NCBI GenBank assembly: GCA_002083395.1
Contig: LWDH01000035.1
Coordinates: 41,403 to 105,402 of the forward strand
Reading direction: 5' to 3'
Origin: Proteobacteria bacterium SG_bin4
GTDB lineage: Bacteria > Pseudomonadota > Gammaproteobacteria > Burkholderiales > Nitrosomonadaceae
Length of the DNA: 64,000 nucleotides
Under the pieces are notes generated by a model. It saw only the letters and a list, made by a program, of their open reading frames with translations. It did not search any database and had not been told where the DNA came from. Position 1 is the first letter of the stretch. Every line of letters begins with the position of its first letter. The position numbers were made by a program, and so were the translations under genes. This document shows positions 9,339 to 20,146 of this stretch, in pieces.

Positions 9339-10571
9339 CTACGATAGCGGGAATGGTTTTTTCAGATTGACCGGTGCGCGGGTGAAGATTCTGACCGCCA
9401 AGATATCCCGGTCGCGTGCTGGATCGATATCCTGCAGCCAGGATGTCAGGGCTCCGCCTTGCAATTTAATTTTCCACGCGGTGACAACGCGCCAGAGGAG
9501 GAATACGGTGGAAGCCAGATGCCAGATGACGACCATCAGCAATCCGAAATCGGGTTGATCGGTGAGCCAGCCATAGCTGAGCAATACCAGATTCGGGTTG
9601 CGCCTCGCGGTGATGAGGCGGTTGAACGAGTCGAGTTTTTTCCAGATAAACATATCAAACGACGCTAAACCGAATTGGAAAGCGCCTTCGCATAAGCGGC
9701 CGCCGATATATCCGAGAAACATCAATGTCATCAGGACGCCCAGCCCGGTCAGCGGCGTTGCCGTTCCCGCCAGGCCGACGCCCCAGGCCACATACCATAG
9801 CGGCGGGTGGACGATATCCAGGCCGTGATCCAATACATCACCCAAGCGGCTGGATGTGACGGTCACTCGCGCCAGCTTGCCGTCGACGGTGTCGAGGAAA
9901 GTCATGAACCAGCCCATGAACAAACCGATGCCGAACAATCCGTACCAAAACGCGACACCCGCCAGCACGGCCAATACGATGCTGGCGTAGGTAACATGGT
10001 TCGGCTGCCAACCTTGGCGCACGCAGTAATGCGTTGCCCAATACGCAGGGAACGGCCAGACCCATTTGGTGACGAAATCGGTAACGCCTTTATACGATCC
10101 GGAAAACAGTTCTTTTTCCAGCAGTGGTTTGTTTTCCAGGCTGATCGGCAAAATATACGGCGGATCTTTCTTTTTCAAATTTTGCTGGACATCGATTTTC
10201 AGATCTCTCAAACCGATGCGCGGGATTGTCAGCAACGCGAATTTATAGTTGTGGTCTTTGTTGTTGTTGAGATTGCGCAATAACTGCGGTGCGTAGTTAC
10301 CATCGGTGAGGATCGCTGCGGGGCAACCTTCGTCATTGTATAACGCGACTTTTTTATCCAGTTCGAGCAAAGCTTTCAATACCCGCGCATCAAACAGGAA
10401 ATTGGCGTTCAGAAACAGTGCCTGAGCACTGACAGGAATTTTCTCGGCATCGTCGGTGAATTTTAAATGCGTGTAAGGTCTCAGCATCCGCGCCAAGCGT
10501 TCACGCCCGGTTAGTCCCCAAATGGTTATTTCATCTTCACCGAAAATATAAATGTAGGTTGAAGTCGACAT
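9339..10571 (-). CDS. CDP-alcohol phosphatidyltransferase with a ~190-aa N-terminal soluble extension
   Basis: The exact family motif DGKLAR-x8-GDVLDHGLD (DG-x2-AR-x8-G-x3-D-x3-D) is present with multiple TM helices. The ORF track begins at a TTG (10640). I prefer the ATG at 10571 (MSTSTYIYIFG...), so the start is uncertain. Confidence 0.8.
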   Translation of the reverse strand: MSTSTYIYIFGEDEITIWGLTGRERLARMLRPYTHLKFTDDAEKIPVSAQALFLNANFLFDARVLKALLELDKKVALYNDEGCPAAILTDGNYAPQLLRNLNNNKDHNYKFALLTIPRIGLRDLKIDVQQNLKKKDPPYILPISLENKPLLEKELFSGSYKGVTDFVTKWVWPFPAYWATHYCVRQGWQPNHVTYASIVLAVLAGVAFWYGLFGIGLFMGWFMTFLDTVDGKLARVTVTSSRLGDVLDHGLDIVHPPLWYVAWGVGLAGTATPLTGLGVLMTLMFLGYIGGRLCEGAFQFGLASFDMFIWKKLDSFNRLITARRNPNLVLLSYGWLTDQPDFGLLMVVIWHLASTVFLLWRVVTAWKIKLQGGALTSWLQDIDPARDRDILAVRIFTRAPVNLKKPFPLS

Positions 10572-10686
10572 GTGTGATAGCTCAAGGGTGTTATTCTGAT
10601 TGGACCGTCCGATTTCGGGAAAAATGGTCGAGCCTTGCAAGACCCTGCGATTTTAGAGGTTTTCCAGCAACAATAACAGCTTGTTG

Positions 10687-11748
10687 CTAAAAAGTCCGCC
10701 GCAGCCAGATACTGGCGGCCAAAATCATTACAAAGCTGGGTATCAAGGCAATGACGGTGGTATTAACGCGCAGGATCAAGCCGGTATTGGCGATGATTTG
10801 ATCGAGCAAATAAACCGCGATTCCGATCAGGGTGGCGAATACCAGTTTGTTGCTGAGGCCGGTACGGATGGATCCGAACACGAACGGGATCGATAGCAGC
10901 AACATCGCGATTGTCATCAAGGCGCTGCCGATTTTGCGCCAAAATGCCAATGCATAGGAATCGGCGTCTTGTCCGGTGCTGCGTAAAAATTCCACATGCC
11001 GGGCCAGCTCAACCGGCGATAAGCTCTCCGGCGGTTTGGTCAACGTGGCGATGTCGTCGGGTTTGACAAACGAATTCCAGTTGATTGTGTCGGCGCGTGT
11101 TGCAGTAATCTGGCCGTCTTTAAACGTGCGGACGGTGACATTGCTCAACTGCCACATGTCGTTATCGATGATATCGGCATATTGCGCGAGGGTATGTGTC
11201 TGTAAAAAACCTTCCGGGTCCAGTTGCAGCAGTTCGATGTCGGCGGCTCTGGTGTTATGAACAATTTGGCCGATGCGTAAAATGCTGTGTTCGTTCCGGG
11301 TCCAAATGCCGAGATTTCTGCCGAGTTCAACCGATAATTCCAGTGCGTTTGCGCGGTAAGTGATGGCTTTTTGTTGCAATTGCGGCGCTACGAATTGTTC
11401 CAGAATCGCGACGCCCAGCAACAGCACGATCCCGATGCTGAGTGGCGCGAGACTGATGCGTAGTGGCGATAGGCCGGCGACCCGCATCGCAATCAATTCC
11501 GAGTGTACGGCCAGTTTTCCGAGTGCGATCACGGTACCGATCAACGCGATGAAGGGCGCGATTTGAATAAACCGGCGCGGCAACAGCATGGCGGTATAAA
11601 GAAACGCATCGCTGACGCGGTAGGTGCCTTTGCCGACATCGTCCAGTTGATCCAATAAATCAAAAAAACTGAAGAGCGGTAACAGCACTGCGGTGGCAAT
11701 GACAAAACCGACGATTACTTGATTGATAATATAACGATAGAAAATCAT
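10687..11748 (-). CDS. lptG: LPS export ABC transporter permease LptG
   Basis: The YjgP/YjgQ permease pattern starts MIFYRYIINQV. The ATG at 11748 forms an ATGA overlap with the lptF stop, so I trimmed the longer ORF-track start (11826). Confidence 0.9.
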   Translation of the reverse strand: MIFYRYIINQVIVGFVIATAVLLPLFSFFDLLDQLDDVGKGTYRVSDAFLYTAMLLPRRFIQIAPFIALIGTVIALGKLAVHSELIAMRVAGLSPLRISLAPLSIGIVLLLGVAILEQFVAPQLQQKAITYRANALELSVELGRNLGIWTRNEHSILRIGQIVHNTRAADIELLQLDPEGFLQTHTLAQYADIIDNDMWQLSNVTVRTFKDGQITATRADTINWNSFVKPDDIATLTKPPESLSPVELARHVEFLRSTGQDADSYALAFWRKIGSALMTIAMLLLSIPFVFGSIRTGLSNKLVFATLIGIAVYLLDQIIANTGLILRVNTTVIALIPSFVMILAASIWLRRTF

Positions 11749-12824
11749 GATGGGTGTGACAGTTTTTTGTTGCTTGCAATCCATCCATAAACGGCCAGGG
11801 CGAGCAGCATCAAGAATTCCAGCCACCAGACGCCGGGGATGCTGCCGACCACACCTTGTTCCACCCAGGTTTTAGCCAAGCCGCTCAGATTGTAGTAGGC
11901 GGCGAAGATCAGTGCGGCCACCAGATAAGTCCGCTCGGTTTTGTCCTGGCGCGGCGTGAAGCGGATAAAGGCCATTGCGATCAGAGCCAGCAGAATGGTG
12001 GCGAGCGGGCGCGAAATCCGCCATTGCAGTTCCGCAATATCGCGCGGCTGGTCCGATTCCCATAGCGTCCGGGTTGCCGCTGCTTTGCGCCGGTAGTTCA
12101 TGACAGTATCGTTATCGATGTAGTAAGTCATGCTGTTGAAGTGAATCACGTCATCGATAGTGGCTGCATTGGTTAATTGATAGACCACACCGTCGGATAA
12201 TTGAATATTCGGCCGCGGCTCCTGGGCTGTCGGCTGAATCTGATGCGCTCTTCGGGCGAATACGATTTCACTGCTATCCGGCTTTCTCATGAAATGGAAT
12301 ATGTTGTGCATTTCCTTGTTGAATTCGTCTTTAGTCCGCACATACACAATCCTGCCGGATTTTTCGCTGCCGTAAAAGCGGCCGGCTTGAAAGCGGTTAG
12401 TGTTTAATTCCGCTTCCGCTTGCGCATCCAGAATGTAACTTTCGCCGTAAGCCCAAGGCCGGACATACGACGACAGCGTGCCGCTCAAAATACCAACCGG
12501 AATCGCCACGGACAGCACAATGAGCACCAGGCGCGAACCGCTCAAACCGAAGGTGCGCATCACAATCAATTCATGATCTTTATTGAGTCTGCCCAGACCG
12601 ACGATGACCGAGATATAGAGTGCGATGGGAATCAATACTTCCAGCGCGATGAGCGTCTTGAGAAAAACCAGTTTAATCAACGCCGCGATGCCCAAAGTTT
12701 CCGTGACCGCACCGGCCAGCAGCCGGGCGCTGCTGAAACTGGCAAACAAACCGATCAAAATGAACGCTACGACAGTAAAGGGCAGCATGATTTCCCGTGC
12801 GATATACCGTTCGATCAATTTCAT
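11745..12824 (-). CDS. lptF: LPS export ABC transporter permease LptF
   Basis: 359 aa. Starts MKLIERYIAREIMLPF, the typical LptF N-terminus. It has a 6-TM YjgP/YjgQ architecture and is translationally coupled to lptG. Confidence 0.9.
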   Translation of the reverse strand: MKLIERYIAREIMLPFTVVAFILIGLFASFSSARLLAGAVTETLGIAALIKLVFLKTLIALEVLIPIALYISVIVGLGRLNKDHELIVMRTFGLSGSRLVLIVLSVAIPVGILSGTLSSYVRPWAYGESYILDAQAEAELNTNRFQAGRFYGSEKSGRIVYVRTKDEFNKEMHNIFHFMRKPDSSEIVFARRAHQIQPTAQEPRPNIQLSDGVVYQLTNAATIDDVIHFNSMTYYIDNDTVMNYRRKAAATRTLWESDQPRDIAELQWRISRPLATILLALIAMAFIRFTPRQDKTERTYLVAALIFAAYYNLSGLAKTWVEQGVVGSIPGVWWLEFLMLLALAVYGWIASNKKLSHPS

Positions 12825-12894
12825 CGGCCACTACCTGAAATTAAGGAAAGCCAGCGGCTTTGGGGTGCGGTAAAGCTTGCGGTTGGTTCGTCAC

Positions 12895-14046
12895 TCATAA
12901 TAATTTCTGATAGATGCGGTAACGTTTGTATTGTTCGCAACCGATTTTGTCGAGGATGTGACGCATGGCGGTGTTATCTTCCAAAATCCATGACATTTCA
13001 ACTTCTTTGAAACCGCGCGCAAGCCCGGCTTGACGAGGTGCGTCGATGACCAGGCAAGCCAATGCGATACCGATGGGAGTGTTGTGATACTGCCTGCGCA
13101 CGCCCATCAGCGGCACGCGACCGGTTCGAATTTTCCGGTTCTTAATGCGACTGATAAGTTTGAGCCAGCCGAACGGCAGCAAGCGTCCGTTTAATTCCGA
13201 CAGTACTTCATTAAGATTGGGGATACCGACCATGAATGCCGCCGGTTTACCGTCGACTTCGGCGATCTGGATAAAGTCATCCGGCAACAGCAACCGGAAA
13301 ATACTGCCCAGTTCGGCGAATTCTTCCTGGGTGAACGGGATAAACCCCCAGTTTTCAGACCAGGCATCGTTAAAGATGCTGCGTAAAATTTCAATTTCTT
13401 CGTCGAAGCGGTCACGCTGCAAAGTTCTTAACCGGATTTGCGGAGCAAAGCGGTTCATGATCATTTGCATGACCGGCGGTATTTCAAAATCGATGTTGAC
13501 TTTGTAAGCCAGCAAATCTTTTGCCGGATGATATGCTTGTTCTTCGAGTAACCGGCCATACCAGCGCGCAGAGTGCGGCATCATGATAACCGGCGGTGTG
13601 TCGAAGCCTTCCACCAGAATGCCGCATTCCTGATTGATTGACAGATTGAACGGACCGCTGATCCGGCGGATTTCCCTCGCTGCCAGCCATGCTTCGGCAT
13701 TCAGGATCAGCGCGGCAAATACCTCGGAATCGTCGATACATTCGAGCAGGCCGAAATGACCGCTATCCGATCCATACCGTTCCTGGTGCAGTTTGTCGAT
13801 TTGCGCACTGATGCGGCCAACAGGTTGGCCGTTCCGGTACGCAATCCAGGCTTGCCATTCGCCATGTTTAAAATAAGGATTGAAACGGGAGAAATGAAGG
13901 CGGCGTTCGAGACGTAACGGCGGCACCCACATCGGGTCATCGGCATAGACGTGCCATGGGACATCGATAAACTTACCCATATCCCGATATGACATAACCG
14001 GTTTGACGGTTATGCGGGAATTGGCCGGCATCGGGTGATTACTCAT
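12895..14046 (-). CDS. GNAT-like N-acetyltransferase family protein (function unknown)
   Basis: 383 aa. The N-terminus FIDVPWHVYADDPMWVPPLRLERR resembles a conserved proteobacterial family usually annotated as N-acetyltransferase. ATG start. Confidence 0.55.
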   Translation of the reverse strand: MSNHPMPANSRITVKPVMSYRDMGKFIDVPWHVYADDPMWVPPLRLERRLHFSRFNPYFKHGEWQAWIAYRNGQPVGRISAQIDKLHQERYGSDSGHFGLLECIDDSEVFAALILNAEAWLAAREIRRISGPFNLSINQECGILVEGFDTPPVIMMPHSARWYGRLLEEQAYHPAKDLLAYKVNIDFEIPPVMQMIMNRFAPQIRLRTLQRDRFDEEIEILRSIFNDAWSENWGFIPFTQEEFAELGSIFRLLLPDDFIQIAEVDGKPAAFMVGIPNLNEVLSELNGRLLPFGWLKLISRIKNRKIRTGRVPLMGVRRQYHNTPIGIALACLVIDAPRQAGLARGFKEVEMSWILEDNTAMRHILDKIGCEQYKRYRIYQKLL

Positions 14047-14172
14047 CGATGATGGAGCACCGTTTCTGGTAAATGTTGCAACGAGCCGCGAGCGATAATC
14101 TATTCACTGGGTAACGAAATGATTCTGATGATTAACAACGGATAAATACAGCAGCCCGGCGCGATAGCGAAA

Positions 14173-14643
14173 TTATTTAAAATGCGTGTGTTTCAGTAAG
14201 TTTTCGATCAACTTATGAAAAACTTCTTTGGGATCCGGTTCATTGCTTGGCGGTTGGCCGGATACCGGAGATTGCTCCGCTGCAGCAATCTTTTCATCAG
14301 TGAGATTGCGGCAGAAATCCCGGAAATTGTTCCAATCGGCATTATATTCGGGCAAGTTTTTTTGAGGAATGAACACGCGGAGCACTTCAAAATTTTGATG
14401 CATTTCCGGTAACCGGACGGTGAGGTAATGATTGATATTTTTGGGCCAACGCTTATGCACAGGGTACATATCCGCCAGCTCCTCCTCAATAGTGGCACGG
14501 AAGTTTTCGATGGCATAAGTGCGCCGTTTGCGGTTGACGATGTCGATCATCAATGCCACCACTCCCAAGAAGCCAAAAATTAAAAAAGGCCACAACGGAA
14601 CGGTCTCAAAATATACGGCGATTTGTTCAAAAAATTCGTTCAA
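14173..14643 (-). CDS. Hypothetical membrane-anchored protein
   Basis: 156 aa with one N-terminal TM helix (WPFLIFGFLGVVALMIDIV). TTG start, weak RBS and no recognisable domain. Confidence 0.4.
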   Translation of the reverse strand: MNEFFEQIAVYFETVPLWPFLIFGFLGVVALMIDIVNRKRRTYAIENFRATIEEELADMYPVHKRWPKNINHYLTVRLPEMHQNFEVLRVFIPQKNLPEYNADWNNFRDFCRNLTDEKIAAAEQSPVSGQPPSNEPDPKEVFHKLIENLLKHTHFK

Positions 14644-15053
14644 GATCGTCTCAATAAATGTTAATGGTTATTCAATTGATTCTGTTTGTAAGATCTCTAC
14701 CTGAAAAACATAGGGAGATTAGCGGTTCACTGAATGAGAGGCAATGTTCCGGAAGATTTATGAAAAAAATTAATAGACTCCCGCTCATGCTAGCTCAGGT
14801 CTGTATCTTGCCATAGTCGGTTTCATGTATCAATATCGCGGTTATGGATGGCATTCGTTAAACGAAACGGAGACTTCATCCACCGATGTCATTCAACCTT
14901 GTCGGGCTATTAAAAAAAACCTTTGGATTGCTGTTCCAGTGTTTTCCTAAATTTGCATTGACCTGATACGGCTTATTGCGTTATTTTTACCCATTTTTAT
15001 AAATGAACCATCAATATGGTCTCTATCGGTTTTATTAGCTGGCTTACGTTTTT

Positions 15054-15308
15054 ATGACCAAATCATCGAAGCAAACTGCTTCGGCTCAACCAGAGAGTTT
15101 TGAAGCGGCGTCGGCTGAACTCGAAAAAATAGTGGCAGCCATGGAAGCAGGACAAATGTCATTGGAAGACTCACTATCAGCCTATCAGCGCGGTGCGGAA
15201 TTAATAAAGTATTGTCAGGGCAAACTTCAAGATGCGCAACAACAAGTGCGGGTATTAGAATCCGGCATGTTAAAAAATTTATCAAAATCGGATAGCGATG
15301 AACAATGA
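15054..15308 (+). CDS. xseB: Exodeoxyribonuclease VII small subunit
   Basis: 84 aa. SFEAASAELEKIVAAMEAGQMSLEDSLSAYQRGAELIKYCQGKL is the canonical XseB core. It overlaps the ispA start. Confidence 0.9.
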   Translation: MTKSSKQTASAQPESFEAASAELEKIVAAMEAGQMSLEDSLSAYQRGAELIKYCQGKLQDAQQQVRVLESGMLKNLSKSDSDEQ

Positions 15309-16191
15309 TTTTCAAAACTGGGCCAGCAGCTGTCAGGCGCGGATTGAAGCCTTTCTGGAAGCAAGATTACCGGCCTGGGATTGCGTTCCCGAACGCTTAC
15401 ATAAGGCCATGCGCTATTCTGTGCTGGGAGGTGGTAAACGGGTCCGGCCGTTATTATCATTCGCAGCAGGAGAACTTGCGGTAGCGGATGTTGAACGCGT
15501 CACGATCGTGGCTGCGGCGGTGGAGCTGATCCATGCGTATTCATTGGTGCATGATGATTTGCCGTGCATGGATGATGATATCTTGCGTCGCGGCAAGCCG
15601 ACTTGCCATGTTGAATTCGACGAAGCGACGGCGTTATTGACCGGAGATAGCCTGCAAACCCTCGCGTTTGAGTTATTAGCGGAAAAGCGTATCGCTGACG
15701 CCGCGGAAACGCAATTGGAGATGATTACGCAATTGGCGCTGGCCTCCGGTTCGCGCGGCATGGCGGGTGGGCAAGCCTTTGATTTGGATAGCGTCGGCAA
15801 GATGCTCAGTCTTCCGGAATTGGAATTCATGCATATTCACAAAACCGGGGCATTGATTCGCGCCGCGGTGATGCTGGGAGCGCGTTGCAGTAGTTATTTG
15901 CGTGACGATCAATTGGCGAAATTGGATCATTTTGCCAAATGTGTCGGTTTAGCCTTTCAAGTCGTTGACGATTTACTTGATTCCGAAGCGACGACCGCGA
16001 CGCTTGGCAAGACTGCTGGAAAAGATGCGGTCAATAATAAGCCAACGTATGTCAGTATTCTGGGGGTCAACCAAGCCCGTGAATTGGCCGAGAAACTCCA
16101 GCACGATGCGCACCAGGCACTTAATGAATTCGGTGATTCTGCGTTAAGATTGCGGCAGGTAGCCGATTTTATTATTAAACGTAAATTCTGA
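15298..16191 (+). CDS. ispA: Farnesyl diphosphate synthase ((2E,6E)-FPP synthase)
   Basis: 297 aa. First DDxxD motif (LVHDDLPCMDDDILRRG) and second (FQVVDDLLD). It sits in the conserved xseB-ispA-dxs order. Confidence 0.9.
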   Translation: MNNDFQNWASSCQARIEAFLEARLPAWDCVPERLHKAMRYSVLGGGKRVRPLLSFAAGELAVADVERVTIVAAAVELIHAYSLVHDDLPCMDDDILRRGKPTCHVEFDEATALLTGDSLQTLAFELLAEKRIADAAETQLEMITQLALASGSRGMAGGQAFDLDSVGKMLSLPELEFMHIHKTGALIRAAVMLGARCSSYLRDDQLAKLDHFAKCVGLAFQVVDDLLDSEATTATLGKTAGKDAVNNKPTYVSILGVNQARELAEKLQHDAHQALNEFGDSALRLRQVADFIIKRKF

Positions 16192-16226
16192 TTGTTTTTT
16201 TCACACTTTTTATTTTCAGGCATTGA

Positions 16227-18071
16227 ATGTATCCACTGTTAGATACCATTAACTCACCATCCCAATTACGCGAACTGGATCAAAAAAAATTACCGCAACT
16301 CTCCAATGAGTTACGTAACTTTCTGATTGATTCGGTAGCACAGACCGGTGGGCACTTATCATCTAATTTGGGGACTGTCGAATTAACGGTCGCGCTGCAT
16401 TATGTGTTCAATACCCCTTACGACCAATTGGTGTGGGATGTCGGACATCAAACCTATGCGCACAAAATTCTGACGGGGCGGCGAGAAGGCATGAGCAAGC
16501 TGCGCATGCACGGCGGAATCGCCGGATTTCCGCGCCGCGATGAAAGCGAATACGATGCCTTCGGTACCGCGCATTCGAGCACTTCGATCAGCGCTGCGCT
16601 GGGAATGGCGGTTGCAGCGCGGCTCAATAACACCGGCCGGCGTGCCATCGCCATTATCGGCGACGGCGCGATGAGCGCCGGCATGGCTTTCGAAGCGTTG
16701 AACAACGCCGGAGTGATGGACGCCAACCTGCTGGTGATTCTGAACGACAACGATATGTCGATTTCCCGGCCGGTTGGTGCGCTGAATAATTATCTGGCCA
16801 AGCTGATGTCGGGAAAATTCTATGCCACTGCCCGGCGGGCCGGCGAGAAAGTGCTGGGGGTTGTGCCGCCGGTATTGGAACTGGCCAAGCGCGCCGAAGA
16901 GCATGTCAAAGGCATGGTAACCCCGGGGACCTTGTTTGAAGAATTCGGATTCAACTATATCGGACCGATCGATGGTCACGATCTGGAGGTGTTGGTTACC
17001 ACGCTGAATAACATCAAGGAGCTGGACGGCCCGCAATTTTTGCACGTAGTGACCCGGAAAGGCGCCGGGTATAAGGTGGCGGAAGAAGATCCGATTTTGT
17101 ATCACGGGGTCGGCAAGTTCGATCCGAAGAAAGGCATCGTCACGAAAGCGAGCGGCAAACCGGCTTACACGCAGATATTTGGTGATTGGTTATGCGACAT
17201 GGCGGCGCTGGATTCCCGCTTGATCGGAATTACCCCGGCGATGCGGGAAGGTTCCGGATTGGTGCGGTTTTCCCAGGAATATCCCGACCGCTATTTCGAT
17301 GTCGGCATCGCTGAGCAACATGCTGTCACTTTTGCCGCCGGTGCGGCATGCGACGGGCTGAAACCGGTGGTCGCGATTTACTCGACCTTTTTACAGCGCG
17401 CTTACGATCAACTGATTCATGATGTTGCAATTCAGAATCTGCCGGTGGTGTTTGCGATTGACCGGGCCGGTTTGGTCGGCGCGGATGGACCGACGCATGC
17501 CGGCAGTTTTGACTTGTCCTATTTGCGTTGCATTCCCAACATGACGGTGATGGCGCCGGCTGATGAGAACGAGTGCCGGCAGATGTTATATACTGCTTTT
17601 CAATTGGATACTCCATCGGCGGTTCGTTATCCACGCGGAACCGGACCGGGCGTTAACGTTCAAAAGGAAATGCAGGCATTGCCGGTTGGCCGGGGTGAAA
17701 TCCGGCGTCAAGGCGGTAAAATTGCATTACTGGCATTTGGCAGCATGTTGACGCCTTGCTTACAAGCCGCCGAGGAATTAAACGCAACCGTTGCCAATAT
17801 GCGTTTTATCAAGCCATTGGACGATGATCTGGTGGCGTCGTTAGCGGCGCAGCATGATTTGCTGGTAACGGTGGAAGAAAATACCGTGATGGGAGGCGCT
17901 GGCAGTGCGGTAACGGAATCGCTCCACAGCCAAGGACTTCATGTCAAAGTGTTACAGCTCGGTTTGCCGGATATCTTCATTGATCAGGGCGATCATGCAC
18001 AGATGCTGGCGGATTGCGGATTAGACAAGAATGGAATCATTCAATCAGTGCGAGCCATAATATCTGCATAA
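16227..18071 (+). CDS. dxs: 1-deoxy-D-xylulose-5-phosphate synthase
   Basis: 614 aa. Carries [20 protein letters not shown], the ThDP motif [16 protein letters not shown] and the [15 protein letters not shown] motif. Confidence 0.95.
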   Translation: MYPLLDTINSPSQLRELDQKKLPQLSNELRNFLIDSVAQTGGHLSSNLGTVELTVALHYVFNTPYDQLVWDVGHQTYAHKILTGRREGMSKLRMHGGIAGFPRRDESEYDAFGTAHSSTSISAALGMAVAARLNNTGRRAIAIIGDGAMSAGMAFEALNNAGVMDANLLVILNDNDMSISRPVGALNNYLAKLMSGKFYATARRAGEKVLGVVPPVLELAKRAEEHVKGMVTPGTLFEEFGFNYIGPIDGHDLEVLVTTLNNIKELDGPQFLHVVTRKGAGYKVAEEDPILYHGVGKFDPKKGIVTKASGKPAYTQIFGDWLCDMAALDSRLIGITPAMREGSGLVRFSQEYPDRYFDVGIAEQHAVTFAAGAACDGLKPVVAIYSTFLQRAYDQLIHDVAIQNLPVVFAIDRAGLVGADGPTHAGSFDLSYLRCIPNMTVMAPADENECRQMLYTAFQLDTPSAVRYPRGTGPGVNVQKEMQALPVGRGEIRRQGGKIALLAFGSMLTPCLQAAEELNATVANMRFIKPLDDDLVASLAAQHDLLVTVEENTVMGGAGSAVTESLHSQGLHVKVLQLGLPDIFIDQGDHAQMLADCGLDKNGIIQSVRAIISA

Positions 18072-18142
18072 CGTCACTGGAGTTGGTGAATTATCAGATT
18101 CGTCGGTCAATGAACCCGGCCTCGTCGCACAGGAGATAAAAC

Positions 18143-18949
18143 ATGAATAAGGAAATAGATTTACCGATTGCCGACGTGCAAAGTTCACCCGATACCCGGC
18201 GTATTGCGATTGACCGGGTCGGAATCAAAGCCATCCGCCACCCAGTCGTTGTGGCGGACAAAAGCGACGGCGTGCAGCATACCATCGCGGTTTTCAATAT
18301 GTATGTGAATTTGCCGCATAATTTCAAGGGAACGCACATGTCGCGTTTCGTCGAAATTCTCAACAGCCACGAACGGGAAATATCGGTTGAATCCTTTCAG
18401 ATTATCTTGCGGGAAATGATCGAAAGATTGGAAACGGATTCCGGCCATATCGAAATGACTTTTCCGTATTTCATCAATAAATCGGCGCCGGTTTCCAAAG
18501 TAAAAAGCTTACTGGATTACGAAGTGACCTTCATTGGTGAGATTAAAAGCGGTGAATATTTTTTCACGATGAAAGTGCAGGTGCCGGTGACCAGCTTGTG
18601 CCCGTGCTCCAAGAAAATATCCGATTACGGCGCGCATAACCAACGCTCGCACGTGACCATTTCGGTGCGTACCAATAGTTTCGTGTGGATCGAAGACATT
18701 ATCCGCATTGCCGAGATGAATGCCTCCTGCGAATTGTACGGCTTGCTGAAACGTCCCGATGAGAAGTATGTGACGGAGCGGGCTTACGACAATCCCAAGT
18801 TTGTCGAGGACATCGTCAGGGACATCGCTGAAGTGCTCAATCACGATGACCGTGTCGATGCCTATGTTGTCGAATCGGAAAACTTCGAATCAATCCATAA
18901 CCATTCGGCGTACGCGCTGATTCAGAACGATAAAAACCAGCGTGCTTGA
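18143..18949 (+). CDS. folE2: GTP cyclohydrolase FolE2 (type IB)
   Basis: 268 aa. [27 protein letters not shown] and SLCPCSK are FolE2 signatures. AGGAG RBS. Confidence 0.9.
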   Translation: MNKEIDLPIADVQSSPDTRRIAIDRVGIKAIRHPVVVADKSDGVQHTIAVFNMYVNLPHNFKGTHMSRFVEILNSHEREISVESFQIILREMIERLETDSGHIEMTFPYFINKSAPVSKVKSLLDYEVTFIGEIKSGEYFFTMKVQVPVTSLCPCSKKISDYGAHNQRSHVTISVRTNSFVWIEDIIRIAEMNASCELYGLLKRPDEKYVTERAYDNPKFVEDIVRDIAEVLNHDDRVDAYVVESENFESIHNHSAYALIQNDKNQRA

Positions 18950-19042
18950 TTGCGCGCGGCGGTAACTGCTGATGTGCTGTTTTAGTGCTGCGATTCAAAT
19001 CCGGTTAGCAGTCGATTGACCGGATTCCACCGGAGAAGAGCA

Positions 19043-20128
19043 ATGATAAACAACGCGATCCGGGATCGTGCCGCCGGTGCGATCATGGGCGCTTTCATCG
19101 GCGATGCTTTGGCGCTCGGTCCGCACTGGTATTACGATCTCGCGCAAATGCGCCGCGATTACGGTGATTGGATTACTACTTACACCGACCCCAAACCAAA
19201 CCGCTATCACAGCGGCTGCAGAGCCGGGCAATTGTCGCAAGCCGGGTTCATCCTGACACTGATGCTGCATTCCCTCGTCGAGCACAACGGCTACGATGAA
19301 GCCGATTTCTGCCGCCGTTTGGACGAAGCGCTTTTTCCGTTACTCGATGGAACACCGGTCTGCGGGCCGGGTGGCTATACCAGCCAGTCGATCCGGCATG
19401 CTTGGCGTTGCCGGGTAGAACAAAAACTGCCGTGGGGCAGAACCGGAGGACACGCAGACACCACCGAAGCCATCGAACGCACGCTGGCAATCGCCGTCCG
19501 TTACGCGCTGCAACCCGATCGATTGGCTGTTTCTGTCGCCAGCAACGCGTGCCTGACGCAAATCGACGATACCGTGCTGTCGATGACGGTGGCTTATGCC
19601 GCCGTGCTGGGTATGCTGGTGCAAGGGCACGCGTTGGACGAAACCTTGTCCGGCAAGCTGATGCAACTGGTCAAAATCGGTCAATTGCCGTTTCACGTAG
19701 TCACGGTAGACGACTTGCAACCCCCGCGTCCGGGGGATCCCGATCCGCCGCGCGCCGGGCGCTTCGCATCGCCGGATGCATTACTGACGCCTTCGTGCAT
19801 CGCGGCGGCCGCCGCCGATCCCGCGATTTCGATTGAACCGGCGTGGAAAGTTTCGGTGGTGTACGGGATGCCGTGCGCTATTTATCATCAACTGCCCGCC
19901 GCGTATTATCTGGCATCCCGCTTCCGTCACGATTTTGAGTCCGCGGTACTGCATGCGGTCAACGGTGGCGGGCAGAATTTGGCGCGTGCTATCCTGACCG
20001 GTGCATTAGTTGGGGCGCAGGCCGGTTTGTCCGGGATTCCGCAACGGTTTCTTGACGGGCTGGAAAATGCGCCGGTATTGCTGGCATTGGCAAACGATCT
20101 GGCCGGACAGATCGGCACCGGCCGTTAA
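19043..20128 (+). CDS. ADP-ribosylglycohydrolase family protein
   Basis: The N-terminus IRDRAAGAIMGAFIGDALALGPHWYYD is typical of the family. I use the ATG at 19043 with a GGAGAAG RBS, rather than the TTG at 19016 in the ORF track. Confidence 0.8.
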   Translation: MINNAIRDRAAGAIMGAFIGDALALGPHWYYDLAQMRRDYGDWITTYTDPKPNRYHSGCRAGQLSQAGFILTLMLHSLVEHNGYDEADFCRRLDEALFPLLDGTPVCGPGGYTSQSIRHAWRCRVEQKLPWGRTGGHADTTEAIERTLAIAVRYALQPDRLAVSVASNACLTQIDDTVLSMTVAYAAVLGMLVQGHALDETLSGKLMQLVKIGQLPFHVVTVDDLQPPRPGDPDPPRAGRFASPDALLTPSCIAAAAADPAISIEPAWKVSVVYGMPCAIYHQLPAAYYLASRFRHDFESAVLHAVNGGGQNLARAILTGALVGAQAGLSGIPQRFLDGLENAPVLLALANDLAGQIGTGR

Positions 20129-20146
20129 TTTTCCGACCGCGCCAGT

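Noticed and set aside
14644-15053. A long (410-nt) intergenic region upstream of xseB that might hold an sRNA or a sixth palindromic element
   Set aside because: I found no convincing inverted repeat, no terminator and none of the shared core blocks. There is only a vague resemblance (TGCCATAGTCGG).
16383-17105. A 240-aa minus-strand ORF within dxs. Similar long antisense ORFs lie at 59048-59614, 60109-60819, 61475-62107, 54945-55538 and 23778-24455.
   Set aside because: Each overlaps a confidently identified gene on the other strand and has a skewed, Arg-rich composition. I treat them as non-coding shadow ORFs.
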